From NCBI GenBank assembly GCA_965644295.1, contig CBFFRP010000168.1, positions 1-64,000 of the forward strand: 64,000 nt of DNA, read 5' to 3'. Below are positions 1 through 11,028 of the stretch, one piece after another (the stretch's first letter is position 1; each line of letters opens with the position of its first letter). Both the position numbers and the translations under genes were made by a program. The stretch comes from Paraphysomonas bandaiensis (lineage: Eukaryota; Protista; Chrysophyceae). Below the pieces are notes generated by a model. It searched no databases and was not told where the DNA came from. It saw nothing but the letters and a program-made list of their open reading frames with translations.

Positions 1-1267
1 GAGAGTGAGCTATTCAATATTAGCGATTGTTTCTTTTCTGGTTCAGTTTGATTTATTTGTTGTTCAATAATTTCGATGAGATATATATGATTAATGTTTT
101 CGATTTGAGAGTCCATTACTATTGAGTTGTTCAATTGTTTGAAGTTCAGATTTGTTTTGAGAGTTGAAGTTTGTGTTTTGCAAAGTGAGGTGTCAAAATA
201 CTAAAGTTGTATTGAGTTAGACTGAGAGTTAAGAGCGAAAATTCTGTCAGTGAGTTCAATAGTATGTTGGCCAATGATGTAACGTCATACTGTTTAATTT
301 CATTTCAATGATGGTTGCAAGAGGAGTTTCTGAAGTTTCTTGAAAATGTTTCAAACGTGTTACAGATTAAATGGGAGTCATCTTGTCAAATTACGTGAAT
401 CTTCTCGTGACATTATCGTTCATAAGTTTTCCAAGTTGGATACATTGTTCGATGATATACATAGTTCATTCTGTGGACAGTGTTGTTGCACATGTGTCTT
501 GTATTGTGCTGCAATTGTATTGAGAGAGTTTGAATGTCTATTGCCAATTGAAATTTTGAATCAAGTGAGAGCAGATTCTTCTGTGAGGGAGTGTTTTCGA
601 TATTCATTGTTCTTCATCAGGAGTTATCTCCGATTACATTGCTTGTCAGTATGGTGGTGATATTGTGAGGTTCAGAATGTGATGCGAGTGAAAGTGATGT
701 TTTCTTCAAAAGACAAGAGAGATGTTGTTAGTTTTTTCAACGGTTCTTTGCATTTAAACTTGAAGTGTTGAGTACAAGAAGGTTACTGAGAATATTTTGT
801 TCGGTGGTATCTAAACTTCCAGAGTGCTATTGTGATGGTATTTGAAATGTACCTACAATTTTGAATTCCTTGATTCAAAATAAGTTGTTTGAGTTTGATG
901 ATATTATATTATATTCTTGGAATGTAAAATTCTTTCGAGGTTGTCACTTCTCAAACAGTTCAGGGTAATGAGTGAGATCCTGTGTCAGCGATGTGATAGA
1001 AAGTCTGTTGTTCGAACTCTAATGTCAGAGAACTATCAGATGCTATGTATTCCTGAGTTGAAAATTGATTCTATGAGTGTATCAAAACTGGTGGTTATAC
1101 ATTGTTCTGAGTAACTATGTGGGAATCAATGAATCAAAGTTCAACATGGAAGTTCTGCAGTTAACTTGATGTTTTATATAATTTCCAGGTTTCTTTTTCC
1201 ATGTAAGTGTTCTACAGATTCCCAGTCGACAAAAAAAGGCTATCTATGATGTGGGTATTGAGCCTGT

Positions 1268-3445
1268 GTGTCAATATCTCAACAAGAGAATGTACTTGAT
1301 TTCTTTCTATGGTTTCTAAAATTTTCAGATCTTGCTTTCAAATGGTCAACTATAGACAAGGAATGTTTTGGTATATTCTATTCTATCTTTAAGTTGTCGT
1401 ACTACTTGAGAGGAAAACACTTTACGATTATGACGGATCAAGCAAATCTAAAGTGGATGGAAATTTCAGTAGTTGACCGAATAGTTCGAATGAGAATGTT
1501 CATGCAAAACTTTGATATGGATTTGTTACATTTCAAAGGTAAACTAAATCGTTTCGCGGATTGGTTATCAAGAATGGGACAGGAGAGAGCAGCTTCTTGT
1601 GTCATGTTGTTAGATCTGTGTCTTCAAGATTCATGTTCAGATATTGAATTGTGTCTAGGAGTGGAGTATGAGAATTCTAGTCTGTTGTCGGAAGACCAAC
1701 TTTTTATGTATGATGAGAGTGGTATGTTGTCAGCGGAGGCAGATGATCTTGCTTGTGTTTCAGAATTCCCAGAGGAACTAGTCAAAGCCTTGGATGAGTT
1801 AGCTAGTCAGAATTTACAGCCAAAGTCTCTAAAAGAAGCTTTTGATCTAGTACACAATGGTAGAATGGGTCATCACGGAGCTAAGAGAACATGGTTGAAA
1901 CTTAGTAAGGTATTTCCGGGTCATACCTTGACAACAGAAATTATCCAAGATTTTATTGATCGATGTCCTATTTGTCAAAAGTTAGGTTATGATATGAGTA
2001 CATCGTTGCAAGCACCGATAAGAGCATTAAATCTTGATAATTGCAGACATTTTGTGGGTTTCGATACATTGACTGTTACTCCGGTAGATGCTAATGGTTA
2101 TTGTTGTATTCATGTGGTGAAACAATTACCATCTCGCCTAGTAGGAATATATCCAGCTCGTAATTACTCAGCAGAGGGAGTGGCACGTGCTTTGTTCAGT
2201 TACTTTGTCACATATGGAATTTCTGAAGTGATGGTATCGGATCCAGGTTCGAATATCACAGCTAGGGTTGTTCAGTTACTCCTGAAATGGTTTGGAGTCC
2301 GCTTTAGAATGTCGTTAGTGAATAGACATGAGTCCAACATGGTGGAACGAAGTAATCGGGAATTATTGCGTTTTCTTAGTGCATTGGTTCATGACGAAAG
2401 ATTAGAAAATTGGAGTGACCCAGAATGCTATTTGTTGATACAATTCATTCTCAACGATGAAATTTCAAGTGAGACGGGTCTTTCACCTTTTGAGTTTACG
2501 TTTGGAACAATGGATTCAAAGTATTTTCATATCCCTGACAGTTCTTCAGATGAATTTGCTTCTTCGACTTATATTTCCAATTTCAATGATAACCTTAAAG
2601 CTATCAGGAAAATTGCGTGTGAAGTTCAGAAGAAAATTCAGAATAAACGTATGTCCAAAACCCCAGCAGAGAAAATGACTCAATATCAACCAGGCCAGCT
2701 TGTTTTGTTTAAACTGGATGTAACGAAACATAAGCCGTCCAAATTATATCCTCGATTCAAAGGACCGTATGAAGTAGTATCCACGTACAAGGCCGATGTT
2801 ATTTGTACTCATTTTGTAATGCGGTTTGATGTAACGTTACATATGTCCTGGTTGAAGCCATTCTTTGGTAGCAAGGAGGAGGCTTTTCGCATAGCAATGA
2901 TTGACTATAGGCAATTTTCTCTTGACAAAGTGGTGGCTTATAGAGGGGACCCCGAAAAAAGAACTACTATGGATTTCAGAGTTCTCTTCTCCGATCAATC
3001 GTTGTTGTGGATGCCATACTCTACTGATCTTGCGACAAGTGAAGCTTTTCATGAATATATTTTCAGTGTCCCTGAATTGTTTCCCTTACGTTTTTCTGCA
3101 AAGGAAGCAGTGCAACAGAAGACTAAACTCAAGAAGTGTGTTATATCCACTGTCATACCTGGAGACGCTGTCTTTGTTAATCTTCGAGCGTGGGGTGCAG
3201 ACTTCTATGACGCTTTAGAATTACCTAATGCATATGATACTCTTTATGTAGTTCAATGTGTCTATAAGCGTTGGGCGGGCCGCAAAAGGATCACTATTGA
3301 TGTGTATTGTTCTCTCTTTAACTCTACTTTTGAATGGTCAGCCTATGATGTCCAGAACTATGGAACTACACGAGATTTTAACCCTGACACCATGGTTCTG
3401 GTAGACTCCGCCTTCTGTGCCAGATTTCCCAATATCCTCTCTTAA
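1268..3445 (+). CDS. Gypsy pol fragment: RNase H (C-terminal part), integrase (HHCC zinc finger + DDE core + GPY/F), chromo-like C-terminus
   Basis: Motifs KWSTIDKECFGI, FTIMTDQANL, NRFADWLSR (RNase H); HNGRMGH..CPIC; FDT, VSDPGSN, MVERSNR (integrase core); PRFKGPY. The 5' part is frameshifted or degenerate. Confidence 0.9.
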   Translation: MSISQQENVLDFFLWFLKFSDLAFKWSTIDKECFGIFYSIFKLSYYLRGKHFTIMTDQANLKWMEISVVDRIVRMRMFMQNFDMDLLHFKGKLNRFADWLSRMGQERAASCVMLLDLCLQDSCSDIELCLGVEYENSSLLSEDQLFMYDESGMLSAEADDLACVSEFPEELVKALDELASQNLQPKSLKEAFDLVHNGRMGHHGAKRTWLKLSKVFPGHTLTTEIIQDFIDRCPICQKLGYDMSTSLQAPIRALNLDNCRHFVGFDTLTVTPVDANGYCCIHVVKQLPSRLVGIYPARNYSAEGVARALFSYFVTYGISEVMVSDPGSNITARVVQLLLKWFGVRFRMSLVNRHESNMVERSNRELLRFLSALVHDERLENWSDPECYLLIQFILNDEISSETGLSPFEFTFGTMDSKYFHIPDSSSDEFASSTYISNFNDNLKAIRKIACEVQKKIQNKRMSKTPAEKMTQYQPGQLVLFKLDVTKHKPSKLYPRFKGPYEVVSTYKADVICTHFVMRFDVTLHMSWLKPFFGSKEEAFRIAMIDYRQFSLDKVVAYRGDPEKRTTMDFRVLFSDQSLLWMPYSTDLATSEAFHEYIFSVPELFPLRFSAKEAVQQKTKLKKCVISTVIPGDAVFVNLRAWGADFYDALELPNAYDTLYVVQCVYKRWAGRKRITIDVYCSLFNSTFEWSAYDVQNYGTTRDFNPDTMVLVDSAFCARFPNILS

Positions 3446-3483
3446 TTTTGAATTTTCCTAATTTCCGGAATCTCTTATCCGTT

Positions 3484-3502
3484 GGAAGGAAAAAGAGGGT
3501 AG
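3484..3502 (+). promoter_or_regulatory. Polypurine tract (PPT)
   Basis: GGAAGGAAAAAGAGGGTAG immediately before the TG start of the LTR. Confidence 0.8.
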
Positions 3503-4142
3503 TGTCACGCAGCAGTATACACTGCGTGTATTTGTATATAGAATACTGTGCTGTATATAGTGTGTATATATCGTATATATCTGGAGCAGTATATGGTATA
3601 TATATGATATGCATAAGCATATAGAGGTTGTCATATACAGGGTATATTCACTGTATTTGGGACTTACCTTTTTCAGTTTACGACATTCGAGGTTTTTAGT
3701 TTAGTAGCTGAGATACGTTTTTCAGTTTCTGATGGCGATTCACATTCGATTTGGACTGAAGTCCAGAACTTCGAAGTTTTAGTACAAAATACGTGATTTC
3801 GTAGATAGTCGAAGTTTTCGTATGTGAATATTGGTTTTAGTACGTGAATATTGTTTTTCGAGTGTGAAGTGTTGATCGTAGTGTAGTGTTGATCTACGTT
3901 GAACGAGATGGGTGTTTGCTCATTCTTGTCACTGACTTTATAATTTACTTTTCTTAAAGAGCACCTACGGTTTGTTAGTGTTTCTGGCAGTGCGCCCGTC
4001 GTTGCGCCCTGGACAGTATCGCAGCCCGCTGGCGGATACTATTTTGGTGGGTTGTAGAGTCTAGACAAGAGATCATCTTTTCTTGGTCCATTCAGAGTTG
4101 AGTCACGGTTTGTGAGTCATCTGCGGGCACAGAAAAGTTACA
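3503..4142 (+). repeat. 3' LTR (about 640 bp)
   Basis: Starts TGTCAC right after the PPT and ends GTTACA (imperfect inverted termini). Host coding sequence (..LIW..) appears to resume right after 4142. Confidence 0.65.
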
Positions 4143-5622
4143 CCCTTATATGGTGCTACCTCAGAGACCAGTACTGCTTAAGTCCTTCAGAGTTTGCTTC
4201 GATGATAAAGAAGGCAGTGTCTTCAAAGGTTAAGGTGTGGGTGACTGATATATTTGCGCTTCCGGACTATTGCACAATTCTCAAGAATTGTGTGGATCCT
4301 CACTTTGCGCATGCTTTTAAAGAAGAATGGACCCAGCTACAATTCGTTTTCGAAAGAGTCACTGTTTCGGAGGATCACCCTTTAGGCGTCAAAACTACAT
4401 ACAAAGCATACGCTGGTGACAATTACATAGAAATTGTTGAAGATGAAGGCGGAGAGAGTATATGTGGTCTAATCCCGCAGATCTGTGAAAATGATTCACA
4501 CCCTCAGCCTGGCGAACCTCCATTTAATCCCCTTCTCAAGTTACCTCATGGTGATTTCGCTCCTGCGCCTTTTGTTTCTGGTTCAAGAAATTTATTAGAG
4601 ACACTTTCATTGCTCATGCAGACAACGTACGAAGTCGACAATCCTGAAGTAGCAGCCGAGTGGAGGTATTGGTGCGACGTAATAGCCCCTAAGAGTGACA
4701 ATGCTCAAGATTTTATAACTACAAGTGGTGGGATAGTTCCAGACCCGGGCATGAATATGAGCAGTCAGTATGTATTGGAGGGCGGTGGTGTATATGTTCC
4801 ATTCAGAACTAGACTTTTTGGTGGAACAGGTGTATCAGAAATGCATGTTGAAGCACGTGAACGGGGAACAAGAAGTCTTTGTGGCCGTCCAGGTATAAGG
4901 ACGGTTAGAGCACAACCCACTGTTCAATACAGCGGGCACAACTCAGCTGCAATTAAGCGCATCCCTCCACGATTAGTTATTCAAGAGTCAGATGGATCTT
5001 TACCTGACGAACCGAGAGGTGTGCTCAATGCACCGTACATTGGACGAGAAGCACGACGTGAGGTCAACAGGAAGAATGCTGCTGCTAGGAAGAGGGAGGA
5101 GCAGGAGCGTATCAATGCAACCCGTTTAACAGAAAGTGATTCTGAGGCTGAAGAACAAGTATCAGACCCAGAATCAGATTGTCATCGTTCGTCACCAACA
5201 TTCGCAGTTGGTGAACTAGTTTCTAACATACACAATTTAAGAGGTATTATTTCTGAGGTAAGCAGCGACATGTATGTGTAACACATATATTTAATCAATA
5301 AATGTAAGAGATATATATACTCAGGTACATAGCGACAATACTTACGATATCAAATATAATGATGGACAGTATGACAACAACCTAGCGGCAAGTTACTTGA
5401 GGCACATAAAAGGTTAGTATATATAATAATATGATTATTATGTAAACGTTATAATATATTATATATTATACAGTAACTTCGTCAAAGAAAAGGACTAAAA
5501 AACAGCAATGGGAAATAGTGACAGAGCCTACAACCGAATGGGTGGATCAAGGCGCTCTCTCATCTGAGAATGTTGTGACCGGAAAACGTCGACGTAGTAG
5601 TGGGGTATCGTACAAAGAATAG
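4143..5622 (+). pseudogene. 5'-truncated putative transposase (DUF7869-like C-terminal half) with a Tudor-like C-terminal domain; introns 5258-5324 and 5413-5473
   Basis: Long ORF LIWCYLRDQYCLSP..QLQFVFERV..GVKTTYKAYA. GT-AG splicing keeps the frame and gives FAVGELV..GIISEVHSDNTYDIKYNDG (Tudor-like) and a basic tail, with TAG at 5620-5622. Lies inside the TIR. The family label is from recall. Confidence 0.6.
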
Positions 5623-5865
5623 CTTTATATTATGCTTGACGGAATAGCTTGAACTGTATAATATATGTGTGTAGTCGGTGACTTTTATTGCTGTAAAACT
5701 GAAGTAATATGGAAGAAATTAGTAAAAAATATTATAAATAATACTTTTCACACTGTTATTAACTTCATAGTTACTTATTGTGCATAGTTATACCCTTTTC
5801 CGACCATCACCAAAAATTTCACCAGGTTTTACATCAAAACCCAGGTTTTGGTATTACCTCGACTT
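4143..5865 (+). mobile_element. Right arm of a TIR DNA transposon interrupted by the Gypsy element
   Basis: Ends in TIR CCAGGTTTTGGTATTACCTCGACTT (5841-5865). 5766-5865 is the exact reverse complement of the MITE terminus 51737-51836. Confidence 0.8.
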
Positions 5866-6015
5866 GAAGGAAGGAGGAATAGTGGGTGGACCAGTACGCC
5901 CAGTAAGGGAGAGGCGATAGTTTGTCTGGGGGTTTTCTAGGAGGAGGTAGAGTGTACTGTGTGTGTGTATGACACTGCAGTGGTGTTATGAGTGTGTTGG
6001 ACAGAGAGAGAGAGC

Positions 6016-6117
6016 TGGTGATGTGTCCAACAGTACAGGTAGACAGGTACATGGACATGGTGATGTGTCCAACAGTACAGGTAGACAGGTACATGGACAT
6101 GGTGATGTGTCCAACAG
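6016..6117. repeat. 42-bp minisatellite, about 2.4 copies
   Basis: TGGTGATGTGTCCAACAGTACAGGTAGACAGGTACATGGACA at 6016 and 6058, partial at 6100. Confidence 0.9.
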
Positions 6118-7231
6118 CAGTAGAGGTATACACGGAATGGTATACATCCTGTAGGACACAGTAGTACAGTAGTCGAGTATACCGTATGCGGAATACAGTG
6201 TCTATCCAATGAGATGGATGGGCTGTGGGGGTGATAGGTGAACAGGGTGAGGGGGTAGCCTGCTGGGTGGATGGACCACAGACAAACCATGTTGGGTTGG
6301 GTTGAGTGGGCGGCAGAAGGCAGCCCTGTTGCACAGTTGAGAGGGATCGAGAGTATTCAGTGATTGCATAGGGGGTCCATGGGGGTCGTTTTCGTGAGCC
6401 TGCTCGCACGAGCCATGTTCTGAGAGGTTGTAGCCGTAGAAAGCGATGGGTGAGACGAAGTTGTCTGCTGAGGGGATAGCACGTAGGTGCGGTCAGCGCT
6501 GCATTGGTGCAGGCACGTGGTTTAACTGAAGTAGTTGAGTAGGGTGAAGGTTGCAAGGCCAGGCAGGGGGGCTTGGAGCGTGTACAACATGGTGTGACAG
6601 GTAATTTGTCAGAAGCGTGGTGGTCAACAAAATGCAGCAGTAAGGGAGTGTAAAAGGCCCTGGGCACACTGATGTGACTCAGCCACAGTCTCAATAGAGA
6701 CATTGGGCTTGGAGCTGGTTAATAGAGTGAAACTTTATGTTGGACTGTATTTGCCATCGTAGGGCAGAGAATTCTTATTTCTTATCATTGTGCTCAACGT
6801 AATGTACACTTGGCCGCATGCTAATGCGATGAATGATGAATAGCACAGCTATTACTGCAAATAGCACAGCTAAATAATATAAAATATACCAAAGCCAATG
6901 TGGGATAAATTGTAACATCTCATATTTGTCTCTATTAGAAAATGACATTACTGAACAAGATTTTCCAATTTATGCTAAGATTATAAAGTTAGAAACATAT
7001 AGTAACATATAATAAACTTTTAACCCATATCACTTGTCATTTACTGCCACTCACCAAATTCATGTTATCTCAACTACCAATCATTTCCATACAATCTTAG
7101 ATCTATTCCGGTTTCGCTACTATGATTACTATCATGACATTAGTTCTCATAATACAGTTAACTACTTCTGTATTCTTCCATTAATAGTCATAACACCAGG
7201 ATATATATTACATCAATGAAAGCGCTTATAA

Positions 7232-8645
7232 TCAACTATCTTTAGGTAACGGCAGCGATTTTAGCCAACTAAACTTAATACGCTTATTGCTTTTCGCATC
7301 ATTCAAGTATCGCAGCTGCTGTTGTTTTCGCGACTCAATCGCCTTTGAATCAGAGTGTCCGCCCCTCTCTATTGTTTTCAAAAACTTCTTGACATCTGGG
7401 GACCTTTCGTCGTAGCTGTGTAACCCCACCACCATCGACCCGCCACCAGTCGCGGCTGCTAAACTCTCATATCTCGTCACGTCAGCAGCAGAGAGGGATC
7501 TATGTCCTCCTCTTTCACCCAATATAACAATATGAAACTCAATATCGTAACCTGCACTGGAGAGATACTACAAACATATCCAAGTATCAGATGATGTAGA
7601 ATGAACAAACAACTACAACGCATTCACAAGTGTAAACATATACCTCCATCATGGGATCCATCCCCCTCATTCCCTGATACTTCCCTGGAGACTCGGTATC
7701 ATATCCATCTGTGATTACTATCAGGCGGAGTTTTCCAGCACCAGGTGCATATCTGAAGCGGAACCGCGATTTAGATAAGAGTGAATAGATATGGTACTAT
7801 AATATCATCCGACATACGTCAATTTAATATACTCGATGTACATACTTGTTAACAATGTCGTCTTCAATCATCTTCCACATATATGTGGTACCACTAGTGG
7901 CATTCCAATCGACTATCATTAGTCCAGGCGACCACTCTTCTCCTCTCATAGATATAACCGTTTTACCAGTTCCAAATTTAATTATGCGCGTGCGCTTTTG
8001 AAGCATATGCCGCATTGACTCCAGCGCACGCTTGCCGTCCGTCAGACGATTGGTCATGGACCCACTATCATCTAAATACACCACTGTTTCCACTACCCCA
8101 GCAGACAAAGGGACACGATCGGCTAAGTGATCAATGAATGATGGTGCATGATCGAGAGCAGTAGACACAACATGGACTGCAGGATGGGCTTTCGGTAGAC
8201 TTTTCGCCACATGAGATACAATTTTAGCAGCACTCCATGCAAATTTAAAGATTGATGAAGCAGCAGAACTTCCATTACTTTTACTTTGATCGTTTAAAGT
8301 TTCTTGAGGTAAGTTATGCTCCGGTTGATTGGAGGAAACTGTGACGGCGGCATTCAACTGACTGTTCCAATCACTCTCACTGAGTAATAAGCCATATTTC
8401 ACTGCCGCCTGTTGTTCACTAGATAGTTTATCATATGGAAGTAGTTTAGGGGGGGATGTTTTGCTGTTCCATGAGCTCTCATTCCATCCTAGTAGCTGCA
8501 GGGCTTGTCTGTGTGTGTTCGATAGGAGGGTCCATGAGATATGAGAGCGGTTGAGAAGGATGTGTTTGTTTGATGGGTTGAGTGTTAAATGGCTTGTGGT
8601 TATGTGATGTATGATTTTCTTTGTGAATAGACGGTATCGGAGCAT
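7232..8645 (-). CDS. VWA-domain protein (3 exons)
   Basis: MIDAS motif VYLDDSGSM, ..GTTYMW, spliced exon LRLIVITDGYD, then YDIEFHIVILG. ATG at 8645 lies downstream of the microsatellite. Confidence 0.75.
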
Positions 8646-8710
8646 TGCCCTGATAATATAAATAGAGCTACAAGCCCAAGTATCATACATGCATACCTGA
8701 ACCCTAAAGA

Positions 8711-8829
8711 TACATACATACATACATACATACATACATACATACATACATACATACATACATACATACATACATACATACATACATACATACATACATA
8801 CATACATACATACATACATACATACATAC
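8711..8829. repeat. (TACA)n / (TATG)n microsatellite
   Basis: Pure tetranucleotide tract. Confidence 0.98.
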
Positions 8830-10745
8830 CCGTGAGAAAAATAAACCAGTCGATGAACTGGCAGGTGCCAGTTCATCGACTGGTTTGATGATGTTGAAAG
8901 GAAACGATATACGGGAAATACAGTCAAGTATACAGCAAGTCCACTCGGATACCCAGCGTATGATATCAGCAGACAGCATCTCATAACTATGATCATAAGA
9001 GCTCCTGATTATTAGCCCACAAGATGCTATTCCAGCCTACCAGCCTTCCACTTCCCCATACAGTGGACACGATAACAAGGTAAATAGTGACTAAATTACT
9101 TATAACTGATATACTGATGTTTTTAATTAATGCAGTACTATTGTACAGATGATACTCTATATTCGTTACATATATGATGACAGCGGATACTCCTTATAGG
9201 CTGTACGATAACAACTGATTACATTAGTTATAACTGATGTACTAGTGATGTTAGTTTATATCACTAGTAGCAACTAATATTCATGTTACTTGTAGTAACC
9301 AGCTATCGGGTTACTTTATACTATGAGCTCTCTATTGTATATGCTTTCGCTTGTACATATTCCATGTTTGAATATGTACAATTATTATGAATATCGACTC
9401 TATATGAATGAAGATCTACTCAATAATATGACTATTATGTGATAGGCTTTCTACACTCTATTCATTACATATATCATCTGCAGACAGTATATCATCATCA
9501 TCTGCAGACAGTGGACACAATATTAAGGTAAATAGCTACTAAAATACTTAGAGCTGATGTACTGATGATGTTAATAAATAGCGATTTATATATCACTAGT
9601 TGCTAATAAGATTCATGCAACCAGTACCAAATAAGATTCATGTTACTTGTTAAGGTTGTTTTTCTACTCAGTTAAGTAGTAGTCTGTAGTTTACTATGGC
9701 ACCAACTACTTGTTATAATACGCAAGCAAATTGCTTTTGTGGCACCTAGTTACAGAGAAATCCATTCTTCTTGCACACACATTTATTACTGTTGCACTTA
9801 CCCTTGCAACTACAATTACTAAACCCCTGTCCAAAGGATGGAGAAAACATAGTTGCAGTTTCTCTCTCTGATATAGTCTTCGAATTTCTCCAGTTCTCAT
9901 AGTTTCCAAGATGACGTTGGTATGAAGCAGGGGTCTTATTCGGCTCGTGAATCAGATCTGATCGGTTATAACACGAGTTTAAAACTCCCCTGGGAGCGTA
10001 CAGACGAAGTAATTCATTGGGGGTAACCTCAACAACAACAGCTGGAAACCTGATTTCATCAACTTGTCCTCGGTCCACCTGATGTGGTTTGACTAAAACA
10101 ACACTACCCACCTGTAGGAGTTCCGCCTCATCGGTTGGAGTGCCAGACGTGGAAAATCTTTTCATCCTTTCGCCTTGTTCAGCTAGTGCGGCACTCACTG
10201 CTTTACTTTTCGCCCCTCTTGATGGAGTATCACCGTGCTCATTTACCAATACTGCAACAGACTCATTCGCTGAAGCCACAACTGTACATTCCTCTGGTTC
10301 ATGGCCCTCGATAACATTATTCATAGTTGAATAATTGAATTTGCGAAAGCATTTTGTGCATTCAGATAGAACAGTCGTTTGTGTTCTTCAATTTTAATGG
10401 AATCAGTGATAGATCTAGTGTTGTCGTCTACTGACGATGCAACTTCTGGTCGTACAGTGCTCCCTGATGAGACAGTTTTAACCACCGATATCATTCCTTC
10501 TTGTTTGATACAATGATATATGTAGCACTTATATTACTATCATGCTGTTGCATTGAGCGATAATCATCAACTACGATATCTTACGATGGTATGTGGGTGG
10601 AATGAAAAAAAACACGGCTGGATAAGCCACTTCACTGACGGGTTCACTTTCTTGGTGGGTTTTTGAGTGATAGTCAAAAACTGCCAGTCGATGAACTGGC
10701 ACTGCCAGTTCATCGACTGGCACATTTTTCTCACGGGTCGTAACA
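8828..10745 (-). mobile_element. Ginger2/TDD-like non-autonomous DNA transposon
   Basis: TIR ACCCGTGAGAAAAAT...ATTTTTCTCACGGGT. The right end reads TGTTACG on the minus strand. Both ends have subterminal palindromes, and there is an internal integrase C-terminal remnant. Confidence 0.75.
9706..10324 (-). pseudogene. Ginger/KRBA2-type integrase C-terminal remnant (SH3-like + Cys-rich tail), frameshifted
   Basis: VGSVVLVKPHQVDRG..GVLNSCYNR..GQGFSNCSCKGKCNSNKCVCKKNGFLCN/RCH, with a frameshift near 9746 and no DDE core. Confidence 0.75.
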
Positions 10746-10932
10746 CATACATACATACATACATACATACATACATACATACATACATACATACATACAT
10801 ACATACATACATACATACATACATACATACATACATACATACATACATACATACATACATACATACATACATACATACATACATACATACATACATACAT
10901 ACATACATACATACATACATACATACATACAT
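10745..10932. repeat. (CATA)n microsatellite
   Basis: Pure tetranucleotide tract. Confidence 0.98.
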
Positions 10933-11028
10933 GCATCTATCATCTCACTTCATATTCCTGGATCCTCACATCTCTCCTCTATTCACTATGCATTCCCTCA
11001 CCCCTCCTAGCATCTCCCATTAATCCAC

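Larger units (their letters stand above)
1..4142 (+). mobile_element. Ty3/Gypsy LTR retrotransposon, 3' part (5' end outside the window or decayed)
   Basis: RNase H-integrase ORF followed by a PPT and an LTR (TGTCAC...GTTACA). 1-1267 is stop-riddled and G/T-rich with no intact RT visible, so its assignment to the element is less certain. Confidence 0.85.

Noticed and set aside
340-1114. Short ORFs upstream of pol as gag or RT
   Set aside because: No gag, protease or YxDD motifs are visible; the sequence is decayed
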